64,000 bases of DNA from assembly GCA_963813715.1 (NCBI GenBank), contig CAWFAK010000017.1:512001-576000 (forward strand). Reading direction: 5' to 3'. Positions 1 to 9,518 of the stretch are shown here, piece by piece. Source of the stretch: an uncultured Planctomycetaceae bacterium (GTDB lineage Bacteria > Planctomycetota > Planctomycetia > Planctomycetales > Planctomycetaceae). Position 1 is the stretch's first letter, and every line of letters begins with the position of its first letter. The notes beneath the pieces are model-generated. The model saw nothing but the letters and a program-made list of their open reading frames with translations, did no database searches and had not been told where the DNA came from. The position numbers were made by a program, and so were the translations under genes.

Positions 1-408
1 ACGGCGATTTCACCGTTCTTCATTGTCACGAACGTCGATCGAACCATCGCGTTCTATCGCGACAAGCTGGGATTTGAGACGACGTTTCAACAGCCGGAGG
101 GGAATCCGTTTTTCGCCGTCCTCCTCCGCGATGGAGCGCAGCTCTTCATTAAGTCCCATGGAGGCTTGACACCGCTGCCGAATTCCAAGCGTCATCCCTT
201 CATGAGGTGGGACGCCTTCGTCAATGCCCCAAACCCCGATGCTCTGGCCGCCGACTTTGGCGATCACGGCGCGACCTTCAGCGCACCGCTCGCAGATACA
301 CACGACGGCTTGCGCGGTTTCGAGATCACCGACCCGGACGGATATGTTCTTGTTTTTCGGCCGCCCGAGATAAGCCGGTCACCTTGCGGTTTGAGGGCCA
401 ACCCATGA
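1..408 (+). CDS. VOC/glyoxalase (bleomycin-resistance-like) family protein, 5'-truncated by window edge
   Basis: Frame +1 is open from base 1: TAISPFFIVTNVDRTIAFYRDKLGF...GLRGFEITDPDGYVL. The C-terminus may be frameshifted at the T-run near 353-357. Confidence 0.8.
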   Translation, partial: TAISPFFIVTNVDRTIAFYRDKLGFETTFQQPEGNPFFAVLLRDGAQLFIKSHGGLTPLPNSKRHPFMRWDAFVNAPNPDALAADFGDHGATFSAPLADTHDGLRGFEITDPDGYVLVFRPPEISRSPCGLRANP

Positions 409-773
409 CGATCACAGCCATTGTCCCACAGCTGCGGACGACAGACATGGCCTCTTCGATTCGCTTCTACACCGAGAAGCTGGGGTTCTCTGTCGCGTTC
501 AAGTACCAAGATTTTTACACCGGCATCCGTGCTGGGGACCAGATTTTTCACCTGAAGCTTGTTGATGAGAAAGACCCTTCGATCCCGTATGTTGATGAAG
601 GCGAACATTTCCACCTCTACCTTGAAGCCGACGACGTCGCGGACCTCTCTGCCCAGCTCAAGGCGAAAGGTGTGAAGTTGGTGAAGGACGTCCACGAGAC
701 GCCTTGGAATACCAGGGAGATCGTCATCCACGACGATCAGGGGCATACGCTGTATTTCGGTCAACCTGCGTAG
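405..773 (+). CDS. VOC/glyoxalase family protein
   Basis: MTITAIVPQLRTTDMASSIRFYTEKLGF...ETPWNTREIVIHDDQGHTLYFGQ; ATG at 405 overlaps the upstream stop (ATGA). Confidence 0.85.
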   Translation: MTITAIVPQLRTTDMASSIRFYTEKLGFSVAFKYQDFYTGIRAGDQIFHLKLVDEKDPSIPYVDEGEHFHLYLEADDVADLSAQLKAKGVKLVKDVHETPWNTREIVIHDDQGHTLYFGQPA

Positions 774-929
774 CCACTCCGTTCAGTCGCGAGACGAGAT
801 GTCTCCGCCGCTCGCCAAGAGCATCCGTGCAGAATTCACCAATTTCTGATTGCGGCTCTTGCGCTTCCTGCGTAGTCTGATTGACCGTCAACTCCATCCA
901 CGATTCTCCGAATTGACGCGGAGCAAACG

Positions 930-3900
930 ATGCGGCTCGAGCCTTGGTACGCGCGCCTGGTTCTTTCGTTCCCCAAGAGCAGTCGGACTTCGTCGCGGGC
1001 GCGACACCGTCGCGGGCGACAAGCGACTCGGCTGTGCAGTTCCGCAGTCTGCCTTTCGCGGACGGAGCGGCTCGAGGACCGCACTCTACTGAGCGGAACG
1101 CCGGGGACGCCCGGGCACAGCTCGACGTTGCCGGCGCTGAGCCCGTCGCAAGTCACCGCGCTGGACACCTACGTCGCCGCCGCGGATCCCTCGTATACGT
1201 TTTCGCTCAATAGCACGATCACGGGCACGGGCTACACCGATTACGTGATCAACATGGTTTCCCAGACCTGGAGCCCCCAGTCCGGAGTCTCGGAAGTCTG
1301 GCAGCACTGGCTGCAGATCATCGTGCCGACGACTGTAAACTCGACGACGGCCGTTCTAAATATTGAGAATGGCCTCGCCGACCTAAATTCCACCACGCCT
1401 CCCACCACGGCGGATGCCTACAGCGTCCAAACTGCGACAACGCTCAACGCGATCACGGTTTTCCTCCCGACTGTGCCAAACGAGCCAGAGAGTTTTCCGT
1501 CGCTGGGAGAGACGACGCCTCTGACGGAAGACAGTCTTGTCGCGCTTACGTTTGAGCAATACCTCGACGGCAACGGTCAGGATTGGCCGATCCTGTTGCC
1601 GATGGTCAAAAGCGCCGTCCGCGCGATGGACACGACGCAGTCCTTCGTATCGAGCGAGTCCGGCGGAGCGCTCTCCGTCGACAATTTCATTGTCACCGGA
1701 CAGTCCAAGCGAGGCTGGACAACCTGGCTGACGCCGGCGGTCGATTCGCGCGTCATCGCCATCGTCCCCTACGATTTCGACGCGCTCAATCTCCAGGAGC
1801 AGGTCGAAAGTCAACTCGACACCTACGTCGGCGTCACGCAGGACATTTACGACGGCGATTCGACGGCCGTCGAGCCCTACGTGAGTACCTTCACCTCCTT
1901 CGGCACGCCTCAAGGGGAATCGCTGCTGTCGATCATCGATCCTTACAGTTACATCGACCGCCCGACTTACGACATTCCGATCTACGACGTTGCCTCGACG
2001 GGCGATCAGTTCTTCGTCCCCGGCGCCCAGTTCTACTTTAACGACCTACCCGGCCAGAATTACCTTCGCTACGTCCCCAATACCGACCACTCGCTGGATG
2101 CCGATGCTTACCAAGGCGGGATCAACTTTGAAAAGGCCGTGGTCGACGGGGCCGCCCTGCCACAATTCTCCTGGACGGTCTCGAATGCCGGCACAGAGAT
2201 CGAACTGAATTCGGTCACGACACCGACCTCAGTCACGATGTGGCAGGCGACCGATCCCAACAGCCGCGACTTCCGCCTCGAAACCTTCGGCGCGAACTGG
2301 ACCAGTTCGACACTGACGGATCAGGGCGGCGGAACTTACGTCGCGCAGATCACCCCGCCGACGACTGGGGCGACCGACTTCTTCATCCAGATGCAGTACA
2401 CCGTCGACGGGATGACGCTGACTTTCACCACGCAGATCAGCACCGTGCCGCTGTTGACGCCGACTGTGACCGTCACTGACAACACCGGCTTCTACAACGG
2501 CAATGCATTCGCCGCTACGGCGACGGCCATCGGAACCGCCGGACTGCCGGTGCCGGGCACCTTCAGTTACGACTATTACAATGGCGCGAATCCGATCGGG
2601 ACGCCTTTTACAACACCTCCGACGCATCCGGGCACATACACGGTCGTCGCGTCTTTTACGAGCACTGATCCCGACTATGCGAACGGGCAAAGCGCCCCGA
2701 TCTTTTTCACGATCGAAAAGCCCGAGTCGGTGATCACGATTACCGACACTGGCGGTCCTTACAACGCCAATCCGTATCCCGCAACTGCGACAATCGCTGG
2801 AGTCGTTTCCGGTGTCGACGACACGCCGGGTAGCAGTTTGGAAGGCGTCCCGCTCACAATCGTGTATTACGCGGGACCGAATCCACAGGGCACGCCGCTG
2901 CCAGGACCGCCGACTCAAGCGGGACAATACACGGCGCAGGCGGTCTTCGCGGGGAGCCAGGATTACCAGCCCAGCAACTCCATCGTGGCGCGATTCGTGA
3001 TTGCGAAAGATCGCGCGATTATCACGCTGACCGATGCGGGAGGGCCTTACATCAACACGCCTTATCCGGCGACCGACTCGATCGCCGGCGTCGTGCCGGG
3101 CGTCGACGACACAGCCGGAAACAGCTTGGAAGGCGTCCCTCTCCAGATCATTTATTACGCTGGTCCGAACGCGACGGGTGGCATCTTGCCAGGGCCGCCG
3201 ACTCAAGCCGGTCAATACACCGTGCGGGCGCAATTTGCGGGGAGCACTGATTATGAGTCTGACTTAGAGGAGGTGTTCATCACGATCACGCAACTGAGGC
3301 CGACGCTGACCTTGGTAGACACGGGCGGGCCTTACACGGGCGCGCCTTATCCGGCGACGGCCACGCTCGCAGGATTGATCCCGGGCGTCGACGACACTCC
3401 CGGCAGTACTTTGGAAGGGGTTGGATTTCAACTGTTCTATTATGCCGGTCCGAATCCCACAGGATCGCCCTTGCCCGGCCCGCCAAATCAAGCCGGCCAG
3501 TATGCGGTCGTCATGACGTTCGCAGGCAGCCAGGACTACTTCGCAACGTCGATCGACTCTGTCGGCATTACGATCTCGAAGGCTGCTCCGGTGATCACGT
3601 TGGCAGACGCCAGCGGGCCCTACACGGGCGCGCCCTACTCGGCGACTGCGACCATTGCGGGAGTCGTTCCGGGGGTCGACGACACGCCGTCCACAAGTCT
3701 CGAAGGTGTTTCGCTCGTCGTGACGTACTATCCGGACGACACTTTGAATCCACCGTTGCCCGGACCGCCCACGGCGCCCGGCACTTATGTGGAATCCGCC
3801 TCGTTTGCGGGAAGTCAGGACTATCTAACAGCCGCGGACAGTCAGGTCTTCGTGATCTCTCCGGCCACGCCGGTCATTTCTGTGACGGATGCGGGGGGCA

Positions 3901-5408
3901 TGTACAACGGCAATCCATATCCCGCAACGGCGACCATCGCCGGTGTTGTTTCAGGCGTCGATGACACGCCCGGCAGCACCCTCGAGGGGGTGCCGCTGGT
4001 CCTGACGTACTTCGTCGGATCGACGACGACAGGCACCGCCCTTTCAGCCGCGCCGACCAATGCCGGGCAGTACACGGCACTTGCGTCGTTCGTCGGCAGC
4101 ACAGATTACGAGAGCCTCAGCCAGTCGGTGCCGTTTGTAATTGGTCAGGCGACGCCGACCGTGGTCGCCAGTGACGCAGGGGGCAATTTCACGGGCAACC
4201 CGTTCCCGGCGACAGCAACGGCGACCGGTGTCGGCGGAGCGACCGTCAGCGGGACCTTTGCCTTCACGTACTACGTCGGCAGCACGGTGAACGGCAACGG
4301 CACGCCGACAGCGCCCAGTGCGCCTGGCACCTATACGGTCGTCGCGGCGTTCACGAGCAGCAATTCCAATTACGTGACCGGCCCGACTGACAGCCTCCCG
4401 GTGGTGTTCACGATCAATGCGCTGAGCTCACTACCGTCGATCAGTGCGCCAGCCAGCGCCTCAGTCATCGAAAATGCATCGCTCGTCTTCTCGAGCGCGG
4501 CTGGCAACCCCATCAGCGTCACCGACGCCAATGCAGGCTCGAGCATCGAGCAGCTCACTTTGACCGTCACCAAGGGGTCGTTGAGTTTGGCGACGACCAT
4601 CGGAATCACGGTTACGTCAGGGGCAAACGCTTCGGCTTCGATGACCGTGCAGGGGACGCTGGCCCATCTCAACGCTGCCCTCAATGGCCTGCAATTTACG
4701 CCGACGAACGGCTTCACGGGCAGCGCTTCACTCGCAGTTTCGTACAAGGATCTCGCCAACAACCAGACGGCCAACGGCTCGGTGTCGATTACGGTTGTCG
4801 CCCCGCCTGTGACCGCGTTTGTGAGTGCGTTTTTGCCGATCGTTGTTCCCGGTGAACCGGTCCCGCTCATCATCGGCGCGATTGACACAAGCCTACAGGC
4901 CCAATTCTCTCTGTTCAAAATCAATATCTCGTTTGGAGACGGCAACACGGCCACGCTGACGTCGTACGTCCCTCTCTTGGTCAACCACATTTATAAGAAG
5001 GTTGGCGTCTACACGGTGTCCCTCACCGCAACCGACGAATTTGGTCGAACCAGCGCGCCGGCCACCGTCGTGATTCACGTCGTGTCTCTCTTCTTCGGCC
5101 TCAACCCGTTCAATCCGAACCAGACGGCCCTCCTGATCGGCGAAATGCCGGGCGACACCGTGAGCGTGACTGCTGCCCCGGGCGGCGGAATTGCCGTGAC
5201 GCTCAACGGAGTCTCGCAGGGCGTCTTCAATGTGACCGGCCCGGTCATCCTCCTGGGACAACAACCAACGAAGTCGCCCGTCGGCCTGAGCGTCGACCAG
5301 AACCCCTTAGTGCAGACGCCAACAGCCGCCAGCCTCGAAAACCAACTCGACAGCGAAGCCTTGCAGTGGGCGGGGCTCTCCGCGGCCACGGAGATTCTGA
5401 ACGAGTAG
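930..5408 (+). CDS. Large secreted/surface protein: LEPR-XLL-type motif, PhoPQ-activated pathogenicity-related (PqaA-like) alpha/beta hydrolase domain, 7 Ig/MBG-like repeats, cadherin-like and PKD-like domains
   Basis: ERLEDRTLL motif; WQHWLQIIVP; PMVKSAVRAMD; nucleophile elbow GQSKRGWTTW; GDQFF; YVPNTDH; tandem ~95-aa repeats; ISFGDG...HIYKKVGVYTVSLTATD (PKD-like). Confidence 0.8.
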   Translation: MRLEPWYARLVLSFPKSSRTSSRARHRRGRQATRLCSSAVCLSRTERLEDRTLLSGTPGTPGHSSTLPALSPSQVTALDTYVAAADPSYTFSLNSTITGTGYTDYVINMVSQTWSPQSGVSEVWQHWLQIIVPTTVNSTTAVLNIENGLADLNSTTPPTTADAYSVQTATTLNAITVFLPTVPNEPESFPSLGETTPLTEDSLVALTFEQYLDGNGQDWPILLPMVKSAVRAMDTTQSFVSSESGGALSVDNFIVTGQSKRGWTTWLTPAVDSRVIAIVPYDFDALNLQEQVESQLDTYVGVTQDIYDGDSTAVEPYVSTFTSFGTPQGESLLSIIDPYSYIDRPTYDIPIYDVASTGDQFFVPGAQFYFNDLPGQNYLRYVPNTDHSLDADAYQGGINFEKAVVDGAALPQFSWTVSNAGTEIELNSVTTPTSVTMWQATDPNSRDFRLETFGANWTSSTLTDQGGGTYVAQITPPTTGATDFFIQMQYTVDGMTLTFTTQISTVPLLTPTVTVTDNTGFYNGNAFAATATAIGTAGLPVPGTFSYDYYNGANPIGTPFTTPPTHPGTYTVVASFTSTDPDYANGQSAPIFFTIEKPESVITITDTGGPYNANPYPATATIAGVVSGVDDTPGSSLEGVPLTIVYYAGPNPQGTPLPGPPTQAGQYTAQAVFAGSQDYQPSNSIVARFVIAKDRAIITLTDAGGPYINTPYPATDSIAGVVPGVDDTAGNSLEGVPLQIIYYAGPNATGGILPGPPTQAGQYTVRAQFAGSTDYESDLEEVFITITQLRPTLTLVDTGGPYTGAPYPATATLAGLIPGVDDTPGSTLEGVGFQLFYYAGPNPTGSPLPGPPNQAGQYAVVMTFAGSQDYFATSIDSVGITISKAAPVITLADASGPYTGAPYSATATIAGVVPGVDDTPSTSLEGVSLVVTYYPDDTLNPPLPGPPTAPGTYVESASFAGSQDYLTAADSQVFVISPATPVISVTDAGGMYNGNPYPATATIAGVVSGVDDTPGSTLEGVPLVLTYFVGSTTTGTALSAAPTNAGQYTALASFVGSTDYESLSQSVPFVIGQATPTVVASDAGGNFTGNPFPATATATGVGGATVSGTFAFTYYVGSTVNGNGTPTAPSAPGTYTVVAAFTSSNSNYVTGPTDSLPVVFTINALSSLPSISAPASASVIENASLVFSSAAGNPISVTDANAGSSIEQLTLTVTKGSLSLATTIGITVTSGANASASMTVQGTLAHLNAALNGLQFTPTNGFTGSASLAVSYKDLANNQTANGSVSITVVAPPVTAFVSAFLPIVVPGEPVPLIIGAIDTSLQAQFSLFKINISFGDGNTATLTSYVPLLVNHIYKKVGVYTVSLTATDEFGRTSAPATVVIHVVSLFFGLNPFNPNQTALLIGEMPGDTVSVTAAPGGGIAVTLNGVSQGVFNVTGPVILLGQQPTKSPVGLSVDQNPLVQTPTAASLENQLDSEALQWAGLSAATEILNE
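2460..4415 (+). repeat. Seven intragenic ~280-290-bp repeats encoding Ig/MBG-like modules
   Basis: Recurrent D-x-G-G-x-Y-x-G-x-P-Y-P-A-T-A-T ... YY-x-G ... PT-x-AG-x-Y ... F-x-G-S-x-D-Y. The five inner copies carry a GVDDT-x-x-x-[ST]LEGV insert; the two outer copies lack it. Confidence 0.85.
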
Positions 5409-5522
5409 CTGCGCGCAGCAAATGGTGAGCGGCCCTCACGGGCGATCCCGACCAGTTGCCGCCATGCGAACGCAAATACTGAGGAAGGTCGACCTTCTTA
5501 AAGCCGATTCATCGCGGCTACA

Positions 5523-7950
5523 ATGCAGGCCATGGCGCCGTTGGGATCACTGAGGCCGTTCGGCTGGCTAGAAGCGATCAGGTATAAAGCTCTGAATCTG
5601 GCCGCATCTGTCATCGCTTTCCTGTTGGGGGTCGGACTATCTCCGACGATGGCGGCGGACCGTGACGAGAATTCGCTGTTCGAGAGCCGTGTTCGCCCCG
5701 TTCTGAACGCACGCTGCGTCAAGTGCCACGGAGCCGCCAAGCAGGAATCGGGCTTGCGGTTCGACTCGGCGAGTTTCGCAAAGAAGGGGGGCGACCGCGG
5801 TCCGGCCATCGTCCCCGGCGATCCCGATCACAGCTTGCTCATTCAGGCGGCCCGGCGAACGGGCGAGCTGAAAATGCCCCCCGACGAGCCACTGCGGCCC
5901 GACGAAGTGGCCGGGCTCGTCGAGTGGATTCGGCAGGGTGCGAAATGGCCGACGGAATCGGCACACAGTTCGATTCGTAGCGGTCCGGTTCGTCCAGAAG
6001 ATCGAGAGTTCTGGTCGTTCCTGCCGCTGGCTCGCTCGTTGCCGCCGGACGTGCACGATTGCTCCTGGTCGCGGACGCCCGTCGATCGATTCATTCTGGC
6101 TCGGCTGGAAGCGGAAGACCTGAAGCCCGCGGCGGCGGCCGACCGGCGGACGCTAATTCGCCGCGTCACGTTCGACCTGACTGGTCTGCCCCCCTCGCCT
6201 GCCGAAGTGGAAGCCTTCGTGGCCGATCGCTCGTCCGGTGCGTACTCGAAAGTCGTCGACCGCCTGCTCGCTTCCCCATCGTACGGGGAACGTTGGGGTC
6301 GTCACTGGCTCGACGTCGTGCGCTACGCCGATACCGCCGGAGAGACGGCCGACTTTCCGGTGCGGGAAGCCTATCGCTATCGCAATTACGTGATTGCGTC
6401 GTTCAACGCCGACAAGCCGTACGACCAGTTCCTCCGCGAGCAGATCGCGGGCGACCTCTACGCCAAGGACGCGCCGCCGGAGCGTTACGAAGAGCTGGTG
6501 ACGGCGACGGGCTTCATCGCGATTTCGCGGCGATTCGGCTTCGACCCCGAGAATTATCAGCACCTCACGATTCAGGACACGATCGACACGCTCGGGCAGG
6601 CCGTGCTCGGGCTCTCGCTGGGCTGTGCGCGCTGTCACAATCACAAGTTCGACCCGGTGACGACCGCCGATTACTATGCGCTCTACGGCATCTTCGACAG
6701 CACTCGCTACGCGTTTCCCGGTTCCGAAGAGAAGAAGCGTCCGCGCGATTTCATTCCGGCCGTGCCGCCGACGGCCGGCCAACGCCTGCAGGCCGATCAT
6801 CAAGCGCAGTTGGCCGCGCTCTCCGCGCGACTTGAGGCAACGGGGCGACAACCGGGAGCCAGCCCGGCAGCAGTCCGCCAGCTCGCTTCGCGGAAAGTCG
6901 ATCTGGAAGCCCGCGAACTCGTACCCAGTGCTTTACGCCGTGAGCGATGGCGAATCCAAGAACGCGCGCATTCAATTTCGCGGCGAGCCGACCCGCCTGG
7001 GCCCCGAAGTCCCGCGGCGATTTCTCGAGATCTTCGGCGGCCAGCGGCTTCCGACCGATGAAAAAGGAAGCGGCAGGCGAGAACTGGCGGCGTGGATTAC
7101 CGGCCCTGATGCTGCGCCGCTGGCGGCGCGCGTGATTGCCAATCGCATTTGGCAGCACCATTTTGGTTACGGACTGGTGCGGACCGAGAACGATTTCGGT
7201 GCCCGCGGCGCCCGCCCGACCCATCCGGAGCTGCTCGACTTCCTCGCGGCACGGTTGATCGAGAGCGGCTGGTCGATCAAAGCGCTGCACCGACTGATTC
7301 TGCAATCGCAAACGTATCAGCAGTCGAGCGACGTCTCAGCGGTTGCGGACCAACGCGATCCGCAGAACAGCCTGTTGTCCCACTTCGGGCGGCGGCGGCT
7401 CGACGCGGAAGAGATCCGCGACTCGCTGTTGGTGCTGGGCGGCAACCTCGATCGCTCGTTCGGCGGCCCGCATCCGTTTCCGCCCGTCCAAACGTGGGGG
7501 TTTACGCAGCATGCTCCCTTTTCCGCCGTCTACGACACCAACCGTCGCAGCGTCTATTTGATGACGCAGCGGATCAGGCGACATCCGTTTCTGGCGCTGT
7601 TCGACGGCCCCGACGGCAACGTCAGCACGGCCCATCGCGACTCGACGACAGTTCCCACGCAGTCCTTGTTCCTGATGAACGATCCGTTCGTGCATGCTCA
7701 ATCGTCGCGGTTTGCCGAGCTCCTGACCGCGGCTGCGACGGACGAGGATCAACGCATCGCGTGTGCATTCGAGCAAGCCTTCGCCCGGCCGCCCGATGCC
7801 GAGGAACGCGTGCAATCCGCACAGTTCCTGGCCCAGTATCGGCGTGAACTGGCCCATTCAGAGTCTAGCACCGCGGATCGCGTCAAAATGTCGTGGGCCG
7901 CTTTCGTTCGGACGTTGTTTGCTCGCAACGACTTTCTGTTCATCGACTGA
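5523..7950 (+). CDS. Planctomycete cytochrome c + DUF1549/DUF1553 (PSD1) protein; frameshift near 6920
   Basis: CVKCH and CARCH heme motifs; YGERWGRHWLDVVRYADT; PTHPELLDFLA; RRRLDAEEIRD. Split across ORFs 5523..7061 and 6676..7950. Start codon uncertain. Confidence 0.9.
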
Positions 7951-7962
7951 TCGGAGTGGCTC

Positions 7963-9384
7963 ATGTCCGAGTGCGAAAACGCCTTCTGCCGTCGCGACCT
8001 GTTACAACGCGCGGCCGGCGGCTTCGCGTCGATTGCGCTGGCAGGAATTCTGGCCGACCATCAAGCGGCCGGCGCGCGGGCCGCGACCACGGCCGACGAT
8101 CCGTTGGCCCCCAAGCGGCCGCTCATTCCGCCGCGAGCGCAGCGGGTGATCTTCTTGTACATGACCGGCGGCGTCTCCCACGTCGACACGTTCGACCCGA
8201 AGCCGCGGCTCATTGGCGGTCACGGAAAGTCGATCACAGTCGACAATTGGCAGGGGAAGCTCGGCCAGTTCAAGCGCTATCTCAAAGCGCCGCAGTGGAA
8301 ATTCCGCCCGGGAGGGGCATGCGGCACGGCGATCAGCGATCTGTTTCCGCACGTGCGCGACGTCGCGGATGAACTGTGCGTGATCCGTTCGATGGAGTCG
8401 AATCACACCAATCACTACGAGGGCACTCTGGGCATCCACACCGGCTCGTGGACGTTTGCCCGGCCCAGCATCGGCGCGTGGGTCAGCTACGGGCTGGGGA
8501 CCGAGAACCGGAACTTGCCGTCGTTCGTCGTGCTGGCGCCGCACGCCCCCTATGCCGGAGCACAAACGTGGGGCTCCGATTTTCTCCCCGGCTGCCATCA
8601 GGGGATGCAAGTTGTTCCCGGTCCCACTCCGATTCCGAACGTGCGGCGTCGCGTCTCTTCCGATCGGCTGCAGCGACTCGAACTGGACTTCGTGGCGGCG
8701 GCCAACGCTCGACATCGCCATGCACGTCCCGAGGATGCTGCTCTGGATGCTCAGATTCGCTCGATGGAAACTGCCTTCGGCATGCAACGGGCTGCCCCCG
8801 AGGCGTTCGACGTCACGCAGGAAACGTCCGCCACGCACGCCTCGTATGGCCTCGATCGCCGGGCCGTGACCGGTTTCGGCTGGCAATGCCTGGTCGCCCG
8901 CCGGCTCGTCGAGCGCGGCGTCCGGTTCGTCGAAGTGATTGACACGGGCTCGTCGAACAACTGGGATTCGCACGGCGACATGCGCGATCACGAGCATCTG
9001 GCCCGCAACGTCGATCGCCCCATCGCCGCCCTCCTCCGCGACCTCAAACTGCGAGGTTTGCTCGACGACACGCTGGTCGTCTGGACCACGGAGTTCGGGC
9101 GAACGCCCTATCACGAGTCCGCCGACGCCAAAGGCCGCGAACATCACCACCAGGTGTTTTCGTCCTGGATGGCCGGCGGCGGCGTGAAAGGCGGCATCGT
9201 GCATGGCGTGTCGGACGAGTTCGGCGTGGCAGTGGCCCAGGATCGCGTGCACGTCCACGATTTCCACGCCACGATCTTGCATCTCCTTGGGTTGAACCAC
9301 GAACTCCTGACCTTCCGCCACGCGGGCCGCGATTATCGCCTGACAGACGTCTACGGCCGCGTGGTGCGTGAAATCTTGGCGTAA
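7963..9384 (+). CDS. DUF1501 domain protein with Tat-like signal
   Basis: CRRDLL; VIFLYMTGGVSHVDTFDPKP; WTTEFGRTP; VHVHDFHATILHLLG. Canonical partner of DUF1553 genes. Confidence 0.92.
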   Translation: MSECENAFCRRDLLQRAAGGFASIALAGILADHQAAGARAATTADDPLAPKRPLIPPRAQRVIFLYMTGGVSHVDTFDPKPRLIGGHGKSITVDNWQGKLGQFKRYLKAPQWKFRPGGACGTAISDLFPHVRDVADELCVIRSMESNHTNHYEGTLGIHTGSWTFARPSIGAWVSYGLGTENRNLPSFVVLAPHAPYAGAQTWGSDFLPGCHQGMQVVPGPTPIPNVRRRVSSDRLQRLELDFVAAANARHRHARPEDAALDAQIRSMETAFGMQRAAPEAFDVTQETSATHASYGLDRRAVTGFGWQCLVARRLVERGVRFVEVIDTGSSNNWDSHGDMRDHEHLARNVDRPIAALLRDLKLRGLLDDTLVVWTTEFGRTPYHESADAKGREHHHQVFSSWMAGGGVKGGIVHGVSDEFGVAVAQDRVHVHDFHATILHLLGLNHELLTFRHAGRDYRLTDVYGRVVREILA

Positions 9385-9518
9385 ACGGGGCGGGCCGAAA
9401 TGCGGTCTGCGAGCACTCAAAAGTGCGCGAGGAAAACCGGTGGTTTTCGGAGGGCCGCAGAGAGCGATCAAGTTGCTGAGAATTTGCACCGCGGATTCGG
9501 CGTGGTCTGTCTGCCCGG

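Noticed and set aside
2460..4415. Diversity-generating retroelement template/variable repeats
   Set aside because: The repeats are in-frame domain duplications, differences are not adenine-specific, and there is no reverse transcriptase in the window.
8002..9489. Long antisense ORFs (e.g. 8002..9489, 53078..54646, 54650..56320)
   Set aside because: These are shadow ORFs typical of high-GC coding DNA, lying opposite well-supported genes.
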